From: Candidatus Saccharimonadales bacterium | GTDB lineage: Bacteria > Patescibacteriota > Saccharimonadia > Saccharimonadales > OMJO01 | NCBI GenBank assembly: GCA_038213615.1 | Contig: JBBQSV010000002.1 | Location: forward strand, 1 to 53,979 | Direction of reading: 5' to 3' | DNA length: 53,979 nucleotides | Shown: one piece after another, positions 52,113 through 53,979 of the stretch | Layout of the letters: every line of letters begins with the position of its first letter | Numbering within the stretch: position 1 is the first letter of the stretch | Position numbers and translations under genes: made by a program | The notes under the pieces: model-generated | Told to the model about the DNA's origin: nothing | The model's database searches: none | The model's input: only the letters and a program-made list of their open reading frames with translations

Positions 52113-53063
52113 ATGGATCCAAATCTGAACCAAATCCAGACCCCTCAACCAGCCGGCCAGCCCGGCCAGCCCGACCTGCCGCCTACTGCTGCCCCTCAGT
52201 CGCTCGGCCAACCACCTATTGTCGACGCCGCCACTTACCAACCGCCGGCCTTTGGGCAAGTGCCGGTGGCACCGGGTGCAGTGGTTAGCGGCGACCAAGG
52301 CACACAGGCCCCACCGACCATTCACCCTATTAGCAGTAACCCCAACAGCACCCAGAACACCTTGCAAATTGCCGAGATCCGCGACGGAATAGTTATTATG
52401 AATGACGGGTCATTTAGGTCAGTAGTGATGGCGAAATCTATCAACTTTGACCTGATGAGCCCAGAAGAGCGCGAAGCCGTAGAATTTTCTTACCAGGGTT
52501 TTTTGAACTCACTGTATTTTCCGATCCAAATATTTATCAGATCACAAAAGGTTGACCTGCGCCCATACATTGACCGTCTAGACAAAATTCGTTCCGAACA
52601 GGACAACATGCTACTGTCGGTACTGATGGAAGATTACCTGGGTTTCATGACCCAGCTGGCTCAGCAAACCAATATCATGGATAAAAAATTCTACGTGGTT
52701 ATACCATATTTTCCAATTGCTGATATCCAACGAGCCATCACACAGAGCAAAAACTTCTTTACCGGCCTGGCCGGGCTATTCAGTAAAAAAGAGCAGCACG
52801 TAGTGATCAACGAGGCCGACCTGGCTAAGGCTAAGGACGAGCTACGTAACCGTGTGCAATCGATTTTAGCCGGACTGCAACAGTGCGGAATCCAGGGCTT
52901 ACCACTCGACACCCAAGAACTGATCGAGCTGTATTACGACACCTATAACCCCGACACCGCCACCCGCCAAAAGCTGAAAAATTTTGATGATCTATCAACA
53001 CCCATGGTCACTAAAGGCCAGGGGCCCGCCCCACAACCAGATCTAAATGGAGGGACCTTGTAA
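52113..53063 (+). CDS. Protein resembling a VirB4 N-terminal domain only (no ATPase domain)
   Basis: The pattern IAEIRDGIVIMNDGSFRSVVMAKSINFDLMSPEEREAVEFSYQGFLNSLYFPIQIFIRS is typical of Gram-positive VirB4 N-termini. 316 aa with a Pro/Gln-rich N-terminus. Confidence 0.5.
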   Translation: MDPNLNQIQTPQPAGQPGQPDLPPTAAPQSLGQPPIVDAATYQPPAFGQVPVAPGAVVSGDQGTQAPPTIHPISSNPNSTQNTLQIAEIRDGIVIMNDGSFRSVVMAKSINFDLMSPEEREAVEFSYQGFLNSLYFPIQIFIRSQKVDLRPYIDRLDKIRSEQDNMLLSVLMEDYLGFMTQLAQQTNIMDKKFYVVIPYFPIADIQRAITQSKNFFTGLAGLFSKKEQHVVINEADLAKAKDELRNRVQSILAGLQQCGIQGLPLDTQELIELYYDTYNPDTATRQKLKNFDDLSTPMVTKGQGPAPQPDLNGGTL

Positions 53064-53132
53064 TGATTCACTACGCTCATCATTTGGTAGATAGTAGACG
53101 GGATATGGCAGCTGGCCAAACACTACCCCCCG

Positions 53133-53160
53133 CCTACCATCTTCTGCCTACCATCTTCTG
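53133..53160 (+). repeat. 14-nt tandem duplication (cctaccatcttctg x2)
   Basis: Read directly from the sequence. It is intergenic, 25 nt upstream of the virB4 start. Confidence 0.9.
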
Positions 53161-53184
53161 CCTTCAAATGCCGGAGGCAAGCTA

Positions 53185-53979
53185 ATGGCATTCGGCAAAC
53201 CCAAAATAGATCCGGTGGCCATGGCCGAACAGCAACGCCAGATGGAGCAACAAGAGGTCAATGCCGCCTTTCAAAAGGGCGTGACCGCCTTAAGGGATTT
53301 TATTGCCCCTAGTTCTATCAACTTCCAGGGGTCGTACTTTCAAATTGGTACTCGGTTCGCCCGGACTTACTACGTTTACGGCTACCCCCGCCAAGTCTAC
53401 ACTGGCTGGCTAAGCAGCATGATAAACCTGGACGAGGTGGTTGACATATCGATGGCTATTTATCCGGTAGAGAGTCAAGTGGTGCTAGAAAACTTGCGCA
53501 AAAAAGTGGGTCAGCTAGAAGCTGGCATCCAGATAGATGCCGAGAAGGGGCGGGTTCGTGACCCAGGCAAGCAAGCGGCTATCATCGATGCCGAAGAGAT
53601 TCGTGATAAGTTGCAGGTGGGCGAAGAGCGGTTTTTCCGCTTTGGGCTGTACTTTACTATTTACGGATCGTCTATGGACGAACTAGAGTTTGTATCGCAC
53701 AAAGTCGAGTCCATGCTGGGCCAGCAACTGGTTTATTCCAAGGCCGCTACGTCTCAGCAAGAGCAAGGGCTCAGCAGCACCGTACCGCAGTTTACTGACC
53801 TGTTGCAGATCAGACGTAACTTTAGCACTGGTGCGTTGAGCACTAGCTTTCCGTTTACCAGTGCCGATCTTAGCCAAGACAGCGGCATTTTGTATGGCAT
53901 CAACATGCATAACTCTGGGTTGGTGATCTTTGACCGGTTTAGCCTAGAAAACGGCAACTCGGTAGTTTTTGCCAAATCT
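53185..53979 (+). CDS. virB4: VirB4-family T4SS ATPase, 5' part (runs off the window)
   Basis: My own translation: MAFGKPKIDP...FQIGTRFARTYYVYGYPRQVYTGWLSSMINLDEVVDISMAIYPV...FFRFGLYFTIYG. GGAGG lies 7 nt upstream, and the frame stays open to the window end. Confidence 0.75.
   Translation, partial: MAFGKPKIDPVAMAEQQRQMEQQEVNAAFQKGVTALRDFIAPSSINFQGSYFQIGTRFARTYYVYGYPRQVYTGWLSSMINLDEVVDISMAIYPVESQVVLENLRKKVGQLEAGIQIDAEKGRVRDPGKQAAIIDAEEIRDKLQVGEERFFRFGLYFTIYGSSMDELEFVSHKVESMLGQQLVYSKAATSQQEQGLSSTVPQFTDLLQIRRNFSTGALSTSFPFTSADLSQDSGILYGINMHNSGLVIFDRFSLENGNSVVFAKS

Overview
About 54 kb of bacterial chromosome at roughly 50% GC. The genes are small and tightly packed. Housekeeping genes (murE, tsaD, valS, cmk, four tRNAs) are interleaved with many secreted or membrane-anchored proteins of unknown function. 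My inference, which I could not verify, is a small-genome Patescibacteria/CPR organism, possibly Saccharibacteria-like. All calls come from reading the sequence and the ORF translations by eye; no database search was possible. Layout: (1) 1-2.4 kb holds a GC-rich, heavily base-paired non-coding stretch (candidate large ncRNA) and a small gene with very high third-position GC and a long GC-rich hairpin terminator, which looks foreign. (2) 2.4-27.2 kb is core genes, a cluster of secreted enzymes that share an N-terminal module, a PadR unit and a metal-handling cluster. (3) About 27.5-43.1 kb is a lower-GC integrated element. It starts after a TCCGCCA copy and ends at a large serine recombinase next to tRNA-Ser(UGA). 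It carries a ParB-methyltransferase, a second paralogous methyltransferase and small plus large terminase, but no recognisable portal, capsid or tail genes. It also carries an accessory block: an HExxH protein, a protein with an ADP-ribosyltransferase-like H-Y-E signature and a tightly coupled partner, a metallophosphoesterase, an ADP-ribosylglycohydrolase and an ABC exporter. (4) 43.1-44.8 kb holds two tRNA-Ser genes, comFC flanked by a ~75-nt direct repeat, and hsp20. (5) 45.1-54.0 kb is a type IV secretion locus: six tandem VirB2/TrbC-like pilin paralogs with variable Cys-containing ectodomains, transcribed divergently from a giant VirB6-like protein, a PrgI/VirB3-like protein, a protein resembling only the VirB4 N-domain, and the 5' part of virB4. 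Recurrent non-genic signals are a ~85-100-nt three-way-junction repeat (3 copies), many apparently leaderless genes with an extended -10 box 6-9 nt before the ATG, and long perfect inverted repeats in two divergent or 5' regions. The candidates I rate highest for something undescribed are the ART-like/ARH module in the island, the six-pilin array and the large structured RNA.
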